Source of the DNA: Klebsormidium nitens
Taxonomy: Eukaryota > Plantae > Klebsormidiophyceae
Direction of reading: 5' to 3'
NCBI GenBank assembly: GCA_000708835.1
Contig: DF237314.1
Span: 1 to 64,000 of the forward strand
Length of the DNA stretch: 64,000 nucleotides
The notes under the pieces were generated by a model. The model was not told the origin of the DNA, made no database searches, and saw nothing but the letters and a program-made list of their open reading frames with translations. Below are positions 36,094 to 48,164 of this stretch, piece after piece; the stretch's first letter is position 1; each line of letters opens with the position of its first letter. The position numbers and the translations under genes are program-made.

Positions 36094-39000
36094 TTATTCT
36101 TTTGAACTATGGGTTCGCATACCGTCTGCTTCACCGCTCCTCATGAGCGCAGCGTATAAGCCTGGACCATGCACTGTGACTAGGCGGTCGAGTTTTTGTT
36201 TCCTCTTCTTCGGGGACAGCTTTTCTCCTCCAGCCTTGAGGACTTTCGCAAGGGGCGACGAAGTCTTTGCCCGACTCAGCATGATCGGTGACGAGGACTG
36301 TTCGTCCTCCACTTCGTCTCCATCTGCTATCCTCTCTAACGATCCCAGCGTATCTAAATGGTGCCACGACCGCCCCTTGCTCCCCAAACGACTCATGTGC
36401 GCACGACCATCTCCGCTCTCATCAAAAGAGATCCTCGGCCCCGCGACCGACAACTCGTCAATCCTATCCAGGGTTTGCGCGGCACGCCGGCCGGACCCTT
36501 TCCGGCCCCGCGACCTTCTCTGCTGGGCGGCCAGCTGCCGACACTCCAGGATCTCGAGAAAGTCCGCGGCATCAAACGAAAGAAACGCGTCGCTCTCGTC
36601 GGTTCCAAGCATGCGCACGCGCAGGGCGACCAGCTGGCTCGCCTGCTCTTTCAACCCGACGTCGGCGACCAGCGCCTCCAGTTCCAGCTCGGTAAGGTCG
36701 CCGCTGCTTCCCTGCACGAGGCCAGACGATGGCAGTCAGCCAGTGGCTATAGTGTCAATCAAAAACCAGTTTTGGTGGGTCTTCAGACCAACCCGGAGGC
36801 AGGGCTCGTGGTGAGCGCGGCTCTTCAATCCAATGCGATCGTCAGTCGGTGTCCAGATGCTGATTGACTGACGGACTGAGGTGGCCCTACCGACAACGTA
36901 CGCGAAAGCGAAAATGCGAGAAACGAAGGGTCCAATAGCAGGACACTGTTAGTTCGCAGCGTTCTTCCCCCCCAACCGCAGCTCGGTGGTCGAAAAACCG
37001 GAGCACAGGTACGGCAAGTGGTTCGCTGTCAAGACAAACTTCCGCGCAGTGTGTACAAAAGCGTCCACGCTGGGTCCGCGTCCCTTGCTATTCACTCGCC
37101 CCAAAGAGCTCAGGACCATTCGTTTTGTCTATCTTTAGGAGCCGGAACGTACCTCCTAAGCACATGCTCACCGGAAGTGGGATCGGGTGATCGGATTACA
37201 ATCCTCAGCCTGTTCGATTTCGATTAATGGGCACCCTTACGGGCGATGTTCGAAGCAGGTAACCAGCATGCGCAAGTCAGTAGGAAAGCTGAAAAAGCCG
37301 CCCACCTTCAGTTGCCGGATCTTGTTTGCGAGCAGAGTCATCTGGTCGGAATCGACGGTCACAGAGAGCAGCACAACGGCCGCCTTTTGAAACTGCAAGC
37401 GCGGACGGAAAAGGGGTGAGGAAGAGTCCGGGATGCGGGCAGATTGTTGTTCCAATCGTCGAGCTTGTATTTTACTTCCCTCGACCGCGACACTGGAAAC
37501 TGAGGAGTGACGGGGGGCCCCTTACGGTTTTGGGTGCTGATTTCAAGACGAGGAACTATTGACGAGATTCCGCAACGGGAAAGAACGACCCCCTGGACAA
37601 CATGTGTTGGCGCATTCAAAGTCAACGCTGACATACGTCTGTTGGGCGTATAATTAACGAGCCAGCGAGCACATAGCACTTCCTGTAGCTAAGTCGGAGC
37701 TCAAAGCAAGGTTATGTGGCGCCTATAAAAGCGCAAGATTGCGCAGTACCTGTAATGGTTGGTAGGCAAACCGCAGAACTGTCAACATTTCCGGCCGCTG
37801 GTTCAAATCACCCCAAATCGTGTCCGCAATGACGAATATGCAGGCAGGGCCGACTTATGTAGTTTTGCCTGATTGTTGTGACCGGGCAATGCAAATAGTC
37901 GTTTCAAAGCTGGCCGCTTTGACCAGAATTGATCCTGCTATCCAAAGCAATTGAGCCGTCCCCCCCACGCCAGAAAACATCTGGAAGGCCTAGATTCCGA
38001 TCGCCAAAAAGAGGGATCTGGACCAGCGGCGAAATCTGAGAAGGGTGACTGGCGTCCGAAGAATTTTCTAACGACGTACCGTTACACGCGTGGTCCAATA
38101 TGGAACACAAAACCTACGTCGACGTTTGCACAACTTGTGAATGTGGCCGCTTAACCCGACTCCAAGGTTCGAGCCCGGCAGCCCATACAGAGCCGCCCAC
38201 CCAAAGACACAAAAAAATCCATATGTAGATTCACTGGCAGAACTCCGTCCTTATGCACCAGGCGGATCTTTCGATACGACCAGAAATCTGAGGAGGCACG
38301 GTTAGCACCAAATTTGAAGAGCCGGCAGCCATGTTCAGTCGCCCACAAACGAGACGGCAGAAGTCAACATATGATTTCCGCTTCTTCACAAGCGGAATTC
38401 CGTTCTTTACGCACCTGGCGGATCTTTTGGTACGCCCGGATGTTGCGGATGGACCCCTCCAGGTTGCGCGCGTTCTGCTGCCCCTCGCCCCGGATCCAGC
38501 GGTGCTGCAGCGCCGCCGACGCGGTGACCCGCTTCTCCGGGTCCGGCTCCACCAGCTGCGTCAGCAGGTCGCGCAGCTCGGGCGAGATGTGCTCTGGGAG
38601 GCCCGTCACCTTGCCGGCCTGGGTTAAGAGCAGGGTTATGATTTAGTGTCTACACTGAATGGAAGAGTCACGGTGCAAGGCCGGGGTTGAAAATGGGGTG
38701 TGGACACTCGGAGTTGAAAGCTCGGAGCGAAGCACGGGGAGAACTGGAGCATGGGTGAATGTTGAGGTGGAAGGGCAGGCTCGTCACCTTGCCGGCCTAG
38801 GTTAACGAGAGGGTTACGAGGTAGTGCTGAGATCCGAGTGGGAAAGGCAGAGTGCAAGGTCAGAATAAGAAGGTGTAAGAGCAGGTAAGAGTCGAAGTGG
38901 GAACCTTAGGGGAGGGACGCGGAAGCATGAAGCCGGTGCGCGATATGACACACAACAACGGCAGGTCCGAACTTGTTCCGGCCTGGGAAAACACCTGGGA

Positions 39001-42000
39001 TCTCAGAATAGGGAGGAGTGGGGGGGCTAAAGTCAACGAGGTTCATTGGGGTCAAGCGAGAGGTGATAGGGGGAGAATGCGGGCGAGTGAGGAGAGACGA
39101 GAAGTGACAAACAAGCAAACTGTCCATCTCAGCTTAAGACAGAGCCGAAGGCCCCCCAGAAATAGCAGCGAAACTTCGAGTTGGAAACGACAGCCCCGCC
39201 CTCGCTAACCTGGTCGTACTCGAACGTCAAGAGACGATAGAAACTTAGCGCTGGATCGGGAAAGTCCCAAGCCCAAATTTCAAAGCGCGCAGGCATTCAG
39301 AATCCTTGTGGACTCTGCCAAGTTCGAAGATTGATCTGAAGCCACAAGGTGGCCAGAGTCCTATCACGCATCAGCGAAGTCATGATCGATGAACGCGAAG
39401 AGACGGGCCAGTCAATCACGAAGTTGCTAAAAGCACTTTGGAGCGTACAAGGGCCGAAGTCCACCGCTTTTCTCCTCACCTGCAAGTCGACCCAGGTAGG
39501 GTTCTTGTGCGCCGTCTGCCGCGTAAGCGCAGGCGGTAGGCCCCCGACCAGCACGTACAGGATCGCCCCGATGCTCCAGATGTCGCATTCGGGCCCGTAG
39601 TGCCGCTCCCACACTTCGGGCGCCGCATAGAAAGGGGTCGCCATAAAGTCGCGCAGAACGGTGGAGTCGTCGACTATGGCCGCGCTGCCAAAGTCGACGA
39701 GCTTGATGTCGAAGGAGTGGTCGTTCACAAATAGAATGTTCTCCGGCTTCTGTTGCATTAAAGGAGGAAATGTTAGAAAGGTCGGGGAGAAAGAGAATGT
39801 TAGAAAGGTAAGGAACAAGAAGAGGAGGAGAAGCGCTGGAAGATAAAGGAGAGCTGGATGCTAGGGATGGAGATTTCAAGGAGGCCAGAGGGTCCAGGCA
39901 AAGACTATTAAAATGTTGGACTGTTGGAATATGTGAGCGAACGATCGCACATGGTCGAAGTTTGAAACTTCCGTTTCTGCTTTGCGGGGCCTTTAGTAGT
40001 CTGGTTCAAGGGCGGCGGAGAGTCAACCCATAACAATGCGAGAAGGGGACACTTTCTCACGGTTCTTTCGACTTTTGAGGAGGAAGGGGGGTCTCACCAG
40101 GTCTCGGTGCACCACTCGGTGGGCATGGCAGTGCTGGATCGCCAGAAGCAGCTGCTGGACTGCACAATACATTCAGCGGGCGCAGATCAGGGCGCCAGGA
40201 AGGTTGTTAACTCATCACACCAGTGGGAGGGGAGTTGTTGAAACCCTGCTTGACAGAACGTTCTTAACAAAAAGGGGTCAATACTTCGTCCGTCTGGAAG
40301 AAGGACAGACGCGTTGGCCAGCTCAGTGGCTAGACGTTCAAGCCAACGTGAACCTATCTACTTCCTGACGTATATGTTCAAAGTCGATCCACTTCTGCCT
40401 TAATCAAGGTGCCCGAAACAGACTCTATCACAAATTCACACCGTTCCCAAACAATACTTGATATTTGATCAAGAGCCTGTCTCAACAGGACAACACGTCG
40501 GAGAAAGAACAAGCTTGCGTGTCATGTCTAAGGTTCGCAAGTCGTCACGTGCCTTGAGCTTTCCGCTCAGTACAATTCCTTCAATTTGCACCAGATTTAC
40601 AGAGAGAAATCACCAGAATATATAATCGGCTTTCCCTGCGACCCTTGACAAGGCTTTCTCCTGAAATCCCAAGACTCCCCTGACATCCCTTTTTTCGCAA
40701 TTCTCATGATCCGAATCCTATGTCCAAAGCCGTGGAAGAGTAGACGCCCGCAGCCTTTCTTAGCGAAAATTCCTTTCAACAGACGTATTGCAGTGTCGAT
40801 TCTAGATGCTAATAGACTTGCAGCATCGCCCGGTTCACTAAGGCAAGAATGGGCAAAGACAATTCGGCTCACTTATGTAGGCAGCGTCCTGCTCCAGGAA
40901 GACGTCCCGCGTTGCAAGGTTTTGGAAGAGGTCTCCGCCACTGCAGAGCTCCATGACGATGTAAAAGTAAATGGCGTCTTCGTACGTGGCATACAGCTCC
41001 ACCACCTTATTTGTGTGTGCGTGCCCCTCAAATATCTGTGCGAAAGAACCAGGTAAAACTCAACATACTTATCATGTTTCTGTTTGTCAAACCTCATTGG
41101 TTTTGGAGCGGCATCCTCAATTCGTTCATGTCCGTGTGCCCCACATATGTGTGAAGATTGAACGAGAAAGCTTTTGGTTTGAACACCGTAGGTGTAGGCC
41201 AGTGTTCCACTAAGAAAAGACACGGGCAATCGTGTCACAAGTTCGAGTCCCGTTGGTGTGCACATTAACTCAGGACTTTGATTTTACAAGAGCTCGGCGA
41301 GTTCTTCCCAGCTCAAAGGCCTTTTGGTATATGAGAAACAACAAAAAGATCAAGAACTTACATCCCTTGGTGCAGGGTTTTGTCAGACACGCTTGAGACA
41401 GTTTGACCTGCGTTCAGGATCTCAGGTCTCCCACGCAATCAGTTCTCCTCCATATCGTTTTCAAAAGTGCTGGTTTGTGGCTCACGTCTGTCGACCAGAA
41501 AAGCTGGATTCATCATGCAATGTCAAGTAAAGAACTCTTAGAGAATCTTCTTTCTGAAAAGGCTTTGACGACCTCTCTCTGCCCCTCTGTTGGCCCTGGA
41601 AACAAACAACACGAGTTTCTAAACTGGAATACTCGAAAAGCAGAGGGGAAACTTGGGGTCAAAATCAGCAACCCAGAACGATCTAGATTGCAAGAGCGGC
41701 AACTCTCCAAGAGTGGCTGAATCTCCAGAGACCTGGAGGTTCAGAAAGCTTAGACCTTGCCACCCTCAACTCCCCTCATCTTTGGACAACAATGAAGACG
41801 CCTCACTGTTTTCACATTTCCCCGATTTTCTCACACCCTCATTACTTCGTAAAAATTCAACCATCACAATCCTAGACGATGTCGTCCAGAGCAGATTGTC
41901 CCACAGTCCAAAATACCGTGGCCAAGTAAGACGACTTTCTTTAGCAGGTGCAAAGTTTGAGGGGTGTGTTCGATACCTTCTGCAGGGCGTGAATCTCTGA

Positions 42001-42572
42001 GACCTTGCTTATTCTGGCGGGCCGAGTGGACAGCACCTTCTTGGAGCAGGCCTTGATGGCCACCTTCCTTCCCGTCCTCTTTTCGACTCCTTGCCTGCAT
42101 ATCAGTTGACCTTTCAACATCCCAATAAAAGTCATAGAATTTAAAAACTTTGTGTTGTCTATTATTTTGACTTCAGGAAGAACAACACAATAGATTGCAG
42201 GCGGTTATATCACTTCAAGCATTGTGCGTCAAGACACCAATATTCTCACATCATGGTGCATTATACTCCAGTTGATAAGCAGATTGCTGGCTGATACCAG
42301 AAGTCAAATGGTGTAAGTAGACCATACAAAATCGTGGCAGAATCAATCGCTGATCAAGAAGTAGAACAGTGGCAGGAGAAACGCATTTAAACCCATGAGA
42401 GGGGGTTCTGCATGCAAGCTGACCTGACAGTCGCCACCCTGCCATACCCAATGCTGCCTCCCAAAACTTTGTAATCATCTCTTAAATGTGCCCCCGCCCC
42501 AATTTTCGTCTTTTCATCGAGCCAGCTGTCCTTTGCTTCAACCTCCGCTGGCTCCCCAAAGCAGTTGCCCAT
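36094..42572 (-). CDS. CDPK-related Ser/Thr kinase with N-terminal acylation motif and degenerate EF-hand region, ~556 aa, 8 exons
   Basis: Exons 42572-42424, 42094-41977, 41035-40873, 40159-40098, 39749-39480, 38618-38415, 37392-37306, 36711-36094. Motifs MGNC, IGYGRVATV, VAIK, HRDL|KPEN, DFG, ATPFYAAPEV, YGPECDIWSIG, and a junction-like IRNIRAYQKIRQ|FQKAAVVLL. A possible 9-nt micro-exon at ~39210-39218 is not resolved. Confidence 0.9.
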
Positions 42573-43456
42573 CTTTTTCAAATGCCTTAACAATGGTTCT
42601 ATCAAGGGCAACGCTCATGAATGTGTTTCTCAAACTGATTCTGCATTGTACCGCAAAGAACGCGACTGTCTGTTAGCTGTGAGCATGCTTGAGAAGAGCA
42701 CAGCCTCTGTTGCACAGCAAGGGAGCAGGAACGATTTGTGAGAGCATCGGCTCGTAGTAGAATCGGGCTTTCCTCTATCTTTTCTTCAAGGGATCCCACA
42801 ACACCTATGCACTGCCCCCAAGAAAAGCAAAAATAGGTACTGCCAGAGCGGGGACAATGGTCGGAAGGAAGCAATTTTGCAAGCTCAGAAACAAGAGGGG
42901 GCGCACAGGTCGTCTTCTTGTTTGGGCCAGCTGTGCAAAAAATTTGGCTCAGGTACCTACACCAGTTGCCAGCTGTCACAAGATGTTCTGATCAAGCTGC
43001 GTCTTTTCAGAAAGATGCCCCTTTCTGTACGCTTTGACACCATTTTTGCCAGTGTCTTGCCCCCGGTCATTCCTGATTCAGAATGCAGCTTCTACACAGC
43101 CACCAGGCTGACCGGAGATGTCGATCTTGATGCCTGAATTGTCCACATCGGTCGCCAGATTAATCACTGGTATACCAAAGCCAGCCCTCTCCGTCGAATA
43201 GTGTCAAAGCAAGTTCTTCCACACTCGCAGACAGCTTCCTCCATGTGAATTTCATCAATCGCACTGCATGTGGTCCAAGGAGCACTGGAATCTGGAATGC
43301 ATTGATCAGGGTGCCCTTTGCAGTGGCGTTCCTGCCTGGATGAAATGGTGATGTTGACAGCACGACAGCGTTCCAAGCTGTGAGTCAGCTGGTGCTGCCG
43401 TTGTGAGGGAAACCAGCAGCCGCCCTTTGTCAGCATGCAATGCCGTAGAGTCTGCG

Positions 43457-46400
43457 ATGGGGCTGTCCCACCGGAATGCTGCTCGACCTACTCAAAATAT
43501 TGCTGAAGACAAAAGCTCTGAGACCGTAACCTATGCTGACAAGCAGAGCCCGAGCAGTGCCCCTGTGGGAGGCCCCCGTCCCAGGCTGCAGAAGAAGTCC
43601 TCCTTCAAGGAGTGGCTCCAACGGAAGCGCTCTTTCACCGACCTCTTTGATTCCGAAGGATACACTGGCCTGTCCAAGCAATGGAGTTCTCTCAAAGGGA
43701 AGGCTGAGGAAAAGTTCGGGTTTCGGAAAGTGGAGGGAGGGGAGCCAGGCCAGGGCAATGCGTCCCCCCTGAAAGGACGGGCGGCCCTGCGGAACGTGGT
43801 GGTGAAGCAGGACACGTCCCTCTGGACGCACTTCTACGACAGCTACATCTACCTCCTCCGCCTCCCGGCACACCTGTTCACGTTCTACTGTATGCTGGCG
43901 CCTTTCCTCGTTGCAATGCCTTTCACACTGGTCTACCTTCTCGACCTTGAAGGTCAGTCCTTCAACTTCCTTGGAACAATGTTCTCGCATGTCAAGCCCG
44001 TTGATCATCATTCACCATCGCATCAGAATGGGGTCAGTAAGAAATCATGGCAGGGACGGCAGACCTTAGACTGGATTGTACAAAACTTCATGTCCAATGC
44101 ATTGCTAATCCATTGCTTATGCAGGGGGAAGATTGATAGGCTGTCTGCCGCTGCTGCCGCAAATGGAAGTTGGTGGCCTCTTCTCAAGCGAGCCCGTGCC
44201 CATGGATTACAATGAGACAGGAAAGAGAATTCTCATCTTTTGTTTGATCGCAGGATTTATCTTCCAAGAGAAGCAGCAGACGGTCTCCCTCCTGGAGCTG
44301 TCAGAGGGCCGCGTCCCCAGGCTGGGGCAACAAGGCGTGCTGCTCGAAGTATACCTGTACAGCCTGTCGCTGTCTACAACGTTCGGGGCCTCCCGTATTG
44401 ACGCTCGCTCACCATTCTGTCTCCTTGTGGCAAATATCAACACGCTGGTAGCTCAGCTTATGTTCGTCTTCTTAAGCGGCGCTGTGTTTCAACGGCTGAG
44501 CCAGCCGAGTCAGCCCGTGAGAATCGCAACGCTGGCGATCCTTACAGACGACTTCTTCGAGGGGGAAGGGGAGCGCGACAGCTCCGCAGACAAGAAGTAC
44601 AAGTAAGAGCGTACTTTGAAGTTGCACATAAAACGCAATTTCCAGCTTCTTCTTATCTTGGACGCCTAGCTCTTCAGTCTAATGGAAGCATATATGGGCG
44701 ATGAAAGGGCAGCAGCATTGTCAACAACAAAGTGGGGTGCTGTGTCAAATGATGCTTTTACATAAGTATATTCTTGTGGCTGGCTAAGTGGCTGCATCCC
44801 TGACACACGCCCTCTGAAGCCGCTAATCATCTTGGTCCTTGCTTCACTTCGGACAGAAGCTGTTATCATTCTGATCATCAGCAGATTGTTCTTCAAGGAA
44901 CGCTTTCTCATTCTGTGAACCTTTCAGACTGTGTTCGCAGGTCCTCCGTCCCTCTTGTTTTCGATCTTGAGTCCAAGAAGGCAACTGTCCATTTCGAAGT
45001 GAGATGTTAAACGTCAATTTGTCCATTTTTCTTGTCTCGGGCCTCCTAACAAAAAAGTTGTTCGGTCTGCTTCTGCTTGACAGCATCATTCCCTCTTAGA
45101 ATACCTCATGTCTATCGTAGTTGCGTCCTTTTCTTGGGTTATTTCGACCAGTCTATTATCAGTCAAATCTCAGGTTTTGTTCTGCTGACGTCACGCCTAT
45201 CCTTCTTGCAGGATTCTGATGACGCGCCTCGTCCTGACGGGACCTGGTTCGAACCTGATCGACGCCAAGTTGGACTTGGTGTACCGTCACATGATGCAGT
45301 TGCCGGGGGGATCCCCCTTCATGTCCACGCACTCCCTCAAACTGGTCCGATCAGAGGTACGAAGCGTGCCCCTCTCTGTTTTCAATATACAATCTGCAGA
45401 AAACGCTTTATTTTGAGCCTGAGCAATATCAGAGCTCGCAGTTTTCAAGAGCCCGGATTCCGCTTTGCTCTTACGTATCCTTGGCTACGGCTGTCAGACG
45501 AAAGTGTCGACAGAAAAAGGTTGCAAAAGCGGTCCTCAAGACGGGAGCTTAACTTTCTGACGTCTTTTCGAGGTTGGAGACGGAAAAGCTTGAAAGCAGA
45601 ACCCTACTCTCGAAAGCGGAACCGTCCCACTTAGCAACCGTCCGCGCAGTTTTGGGGCGTGAGCACATAAACCGAGGAGCTTAGTGTGGCACCCGAAAAT
45701 GTTCCTTGCCATGAGGTGACTACCATGTAAAGACGACCCATTTGCTGGTCATCGCCATGAGAAGATCCTAGACCTCTCTCCCCACTCTGGCCGTTCTGAA
45801 ACGCTTTCAAAAGTTGACCGGTTGCCTCTGCTTCCTCGCTCCAATTAGCTTCCGGGACATGTGGCGGATCCCTTCTACTTCTCAAACGCTTCAATGCCTT
45901 TATTGTAACCATATCATGGTTCTTTCCAAGAGCGTCTTCATATCTGCATTGGCGGGGTCTTCATTCCATTGGGCATTCCGGAGTCTCGACTTCGGGCACA
46001 GCAACAGAGCGGTGCTGCTATCAAGGATACCGGCTATCTCAAAAGTTTGAACCCCGAGGTGCCTTTCGAATGCGGGGCAGCGCCTTTGCATAAGAAAGAG
46101 TGGACGTGCAAAGTTGAAAGCTTCTTCGAGGGCCCTTGACGCTTTCCACTCTGTCCCATCCGCAAACTTTGAACCAAGGGTTGGCCTCGCTTGGATCCGC
46201 TGACGTCATTCGCCGTCTTATACCAGTCGTCCAGCCTGCGGTACGGCATGCTCATTCGCCACGTCATCAACGAGGAGAGCCCTCTGTTCGGCGCCTGCAG
46301 CCAAGAGCAGCTCCTGGCGGAGGACGCCAACTTTCAGGTGAGAGCTCGCAGGTCGAGCGGGTCGCAACCATTTTTCCAAGTGTGAACGCGCTCGCGAGTG

Positions 46401-47126
46401 GCGCAGTCTCATGTTTGAACCCTGTCGGATGCGACGCCGCGACGACTAGAGGTTTGCTTTTCTGGTATCGAGATTTCTTCTTTTCACTTTGATGTCCTTC
46501 CAATCGCCTGGCATTGGACTTTCTTCCTGCTGAAAAGTGGTTGGGTAGTGCTCTCCAGTCACCTCGACACGAAGGTCTGCGCTCGAGCATTTGAACCTAT
46601 CTGTCAACTTCCTCTTCGTTTCTGCAACTGGTCGGCAAGGAAGTTGGGCGGGTTGTCGGTGTTGCTCAGAACCGGTCGTCATCATGCCTCGAATTTGAGT
46701 CCAAGTCTTTTTGCTCCCTTTCATACCTACTCTCAGATACAGGTCACTAGTAGGTCGGGTCGATTGCCCCACCTTGATAGGCGAACCCAGACAACCTGTC
46801 CCGGCTGCTGAACCGACCGGCAGCATTGCACCTTTTAGAGCAAACACGAAACACGACGATATTGGCTCACGTTGCCAGCAAAGTGTGAACTCACTAATAT
46901 TGCCGTGTGATCCATGTTGCAGCTGACAGTGATGGCCACGGAACGGTCTTCGATGCAGCCGGTTTTCGCGGACCAGATGTTCTTCGTCACGGACGCTGAG
47001 GTGATTTGGGACGCCCACTTTGTGGACATAATTAGTTTGTCGAAGGGGAAGCGGGTCATGGAACACAGTAAGCTGAACGCGTATAGAAAGGAGGGTAAGG
47101 TGTTGTATCACGTTGGAGGCGAGTAG
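43457..47126 (+). CDS. Inward-rectifier (Kir/KirBac)-like channel, 434 aa, 5 exons, non-canonical selectivity filter
   Basis: Exons 43457-43952, 44254-44602, 45212-45356, 46227-46337, 46923-47126. Slide helix/TM1 YDSYIYLLRLPAHLFTFY...PFTLVYLLD, pore YLYSLSLSTTFGAS, TM2 ending GAVFQRLSQP, cytoplasmic domain ILMTRL..., IRHVINEESPLF, VIWDAHFVDII. Confidence 0.85.
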
Positions 47127-48164
47127 CAGAGCGCTGCGCTGGCTTCTATAATCGGCCCTCAGTGATGTCCGTCATGACTCTGTACATACCGTTGTATATT
47201 TTCCAGGGGGCACTGCAGCGCGCACTTCTCTGTCTTGAAAGGTCGGTTCATTTTGGGCTTCAATCACTGAGTACTGGATACAGGCCGACATGTGTCAGTG
47301 CACGTGAACCTTTGCCTGTCTTGCAAATCATCATGCATACATGGTTACCTACTAGCCCAGGCCGTCTGACGAGCACACGCCTGGTGGATGGCCCACGTGT
47401 CGAGTGAGTAATTAACATGGACATATATTTCACTACAAGTGTACGCAACTCCATATTAGTCATGCGCCGCGATATCTATTGGTAGAAATAAGCCTTCTAT
47501 AGTTCCGCGCGATCATATGATGCCTATGGATGCAAGCTGAAAGTCGGATTTAGGTTCCGTTTAAACGCCGGCGCACACTATACTGCCGCCAGATCGTTGT
47601 AATGCCGTGCGCGCGTGCGAGGGCTTGCCAACCACATGCATGCGGTTGCATGTCTGAGTTGGCAATCCACACGTATCTAGTGATTGATGTAGTATATATT
47701 TTATAAGGATGATCGGGTATTGCGGGCCGATGTGTATTCCATCCGTTCCTAGATCGCCGGCGGCGTTAGACGGTTCGTTCGCGTTTTCCCTACGGATATC
47801 TCTGTGCAATATGTTCGATCAAGCTGATGCGCGAATAGGTGGCGCGGCCGCCCTGGCCGGGGGTCATGCAGACTGGCAGCACAAGGGCTCTTACTCTGAC
47901 GGTTATTGAATTTGGTGGGAAACCGGATTGAACGTTCCTTGTCGAGGCTTCAGTGGACCGTGGAACCGCCATATAATAGTGGCTTAGCGGTCAAGGACTC
48001 ACACTTCATTCGTACGTTCGTTTGCTTTTCCATGTTGGGCCTAGGTCTGTTAAGCTTGATGGAATCTACTCACGCCTATATACACTCTCTGACCGAAGTC
48101 TTTCCAACGTAGTTCGTGTCAATTCTGGTCATCCAATCTGGTCGCCCTCATCTTCTCGCCAAAG

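Noticed and set aside
36038-36814. 258-aa plus-strand ORF
   Set aside because: Antisense to the last kinase exon; no recognisable domain.
39205-39260. Candidate extra kinase exon ending YDQ|gttagc
   Set aside because: The protein joins in phase without it and the acceptor is ambiguous; left out pending RNA-seq.
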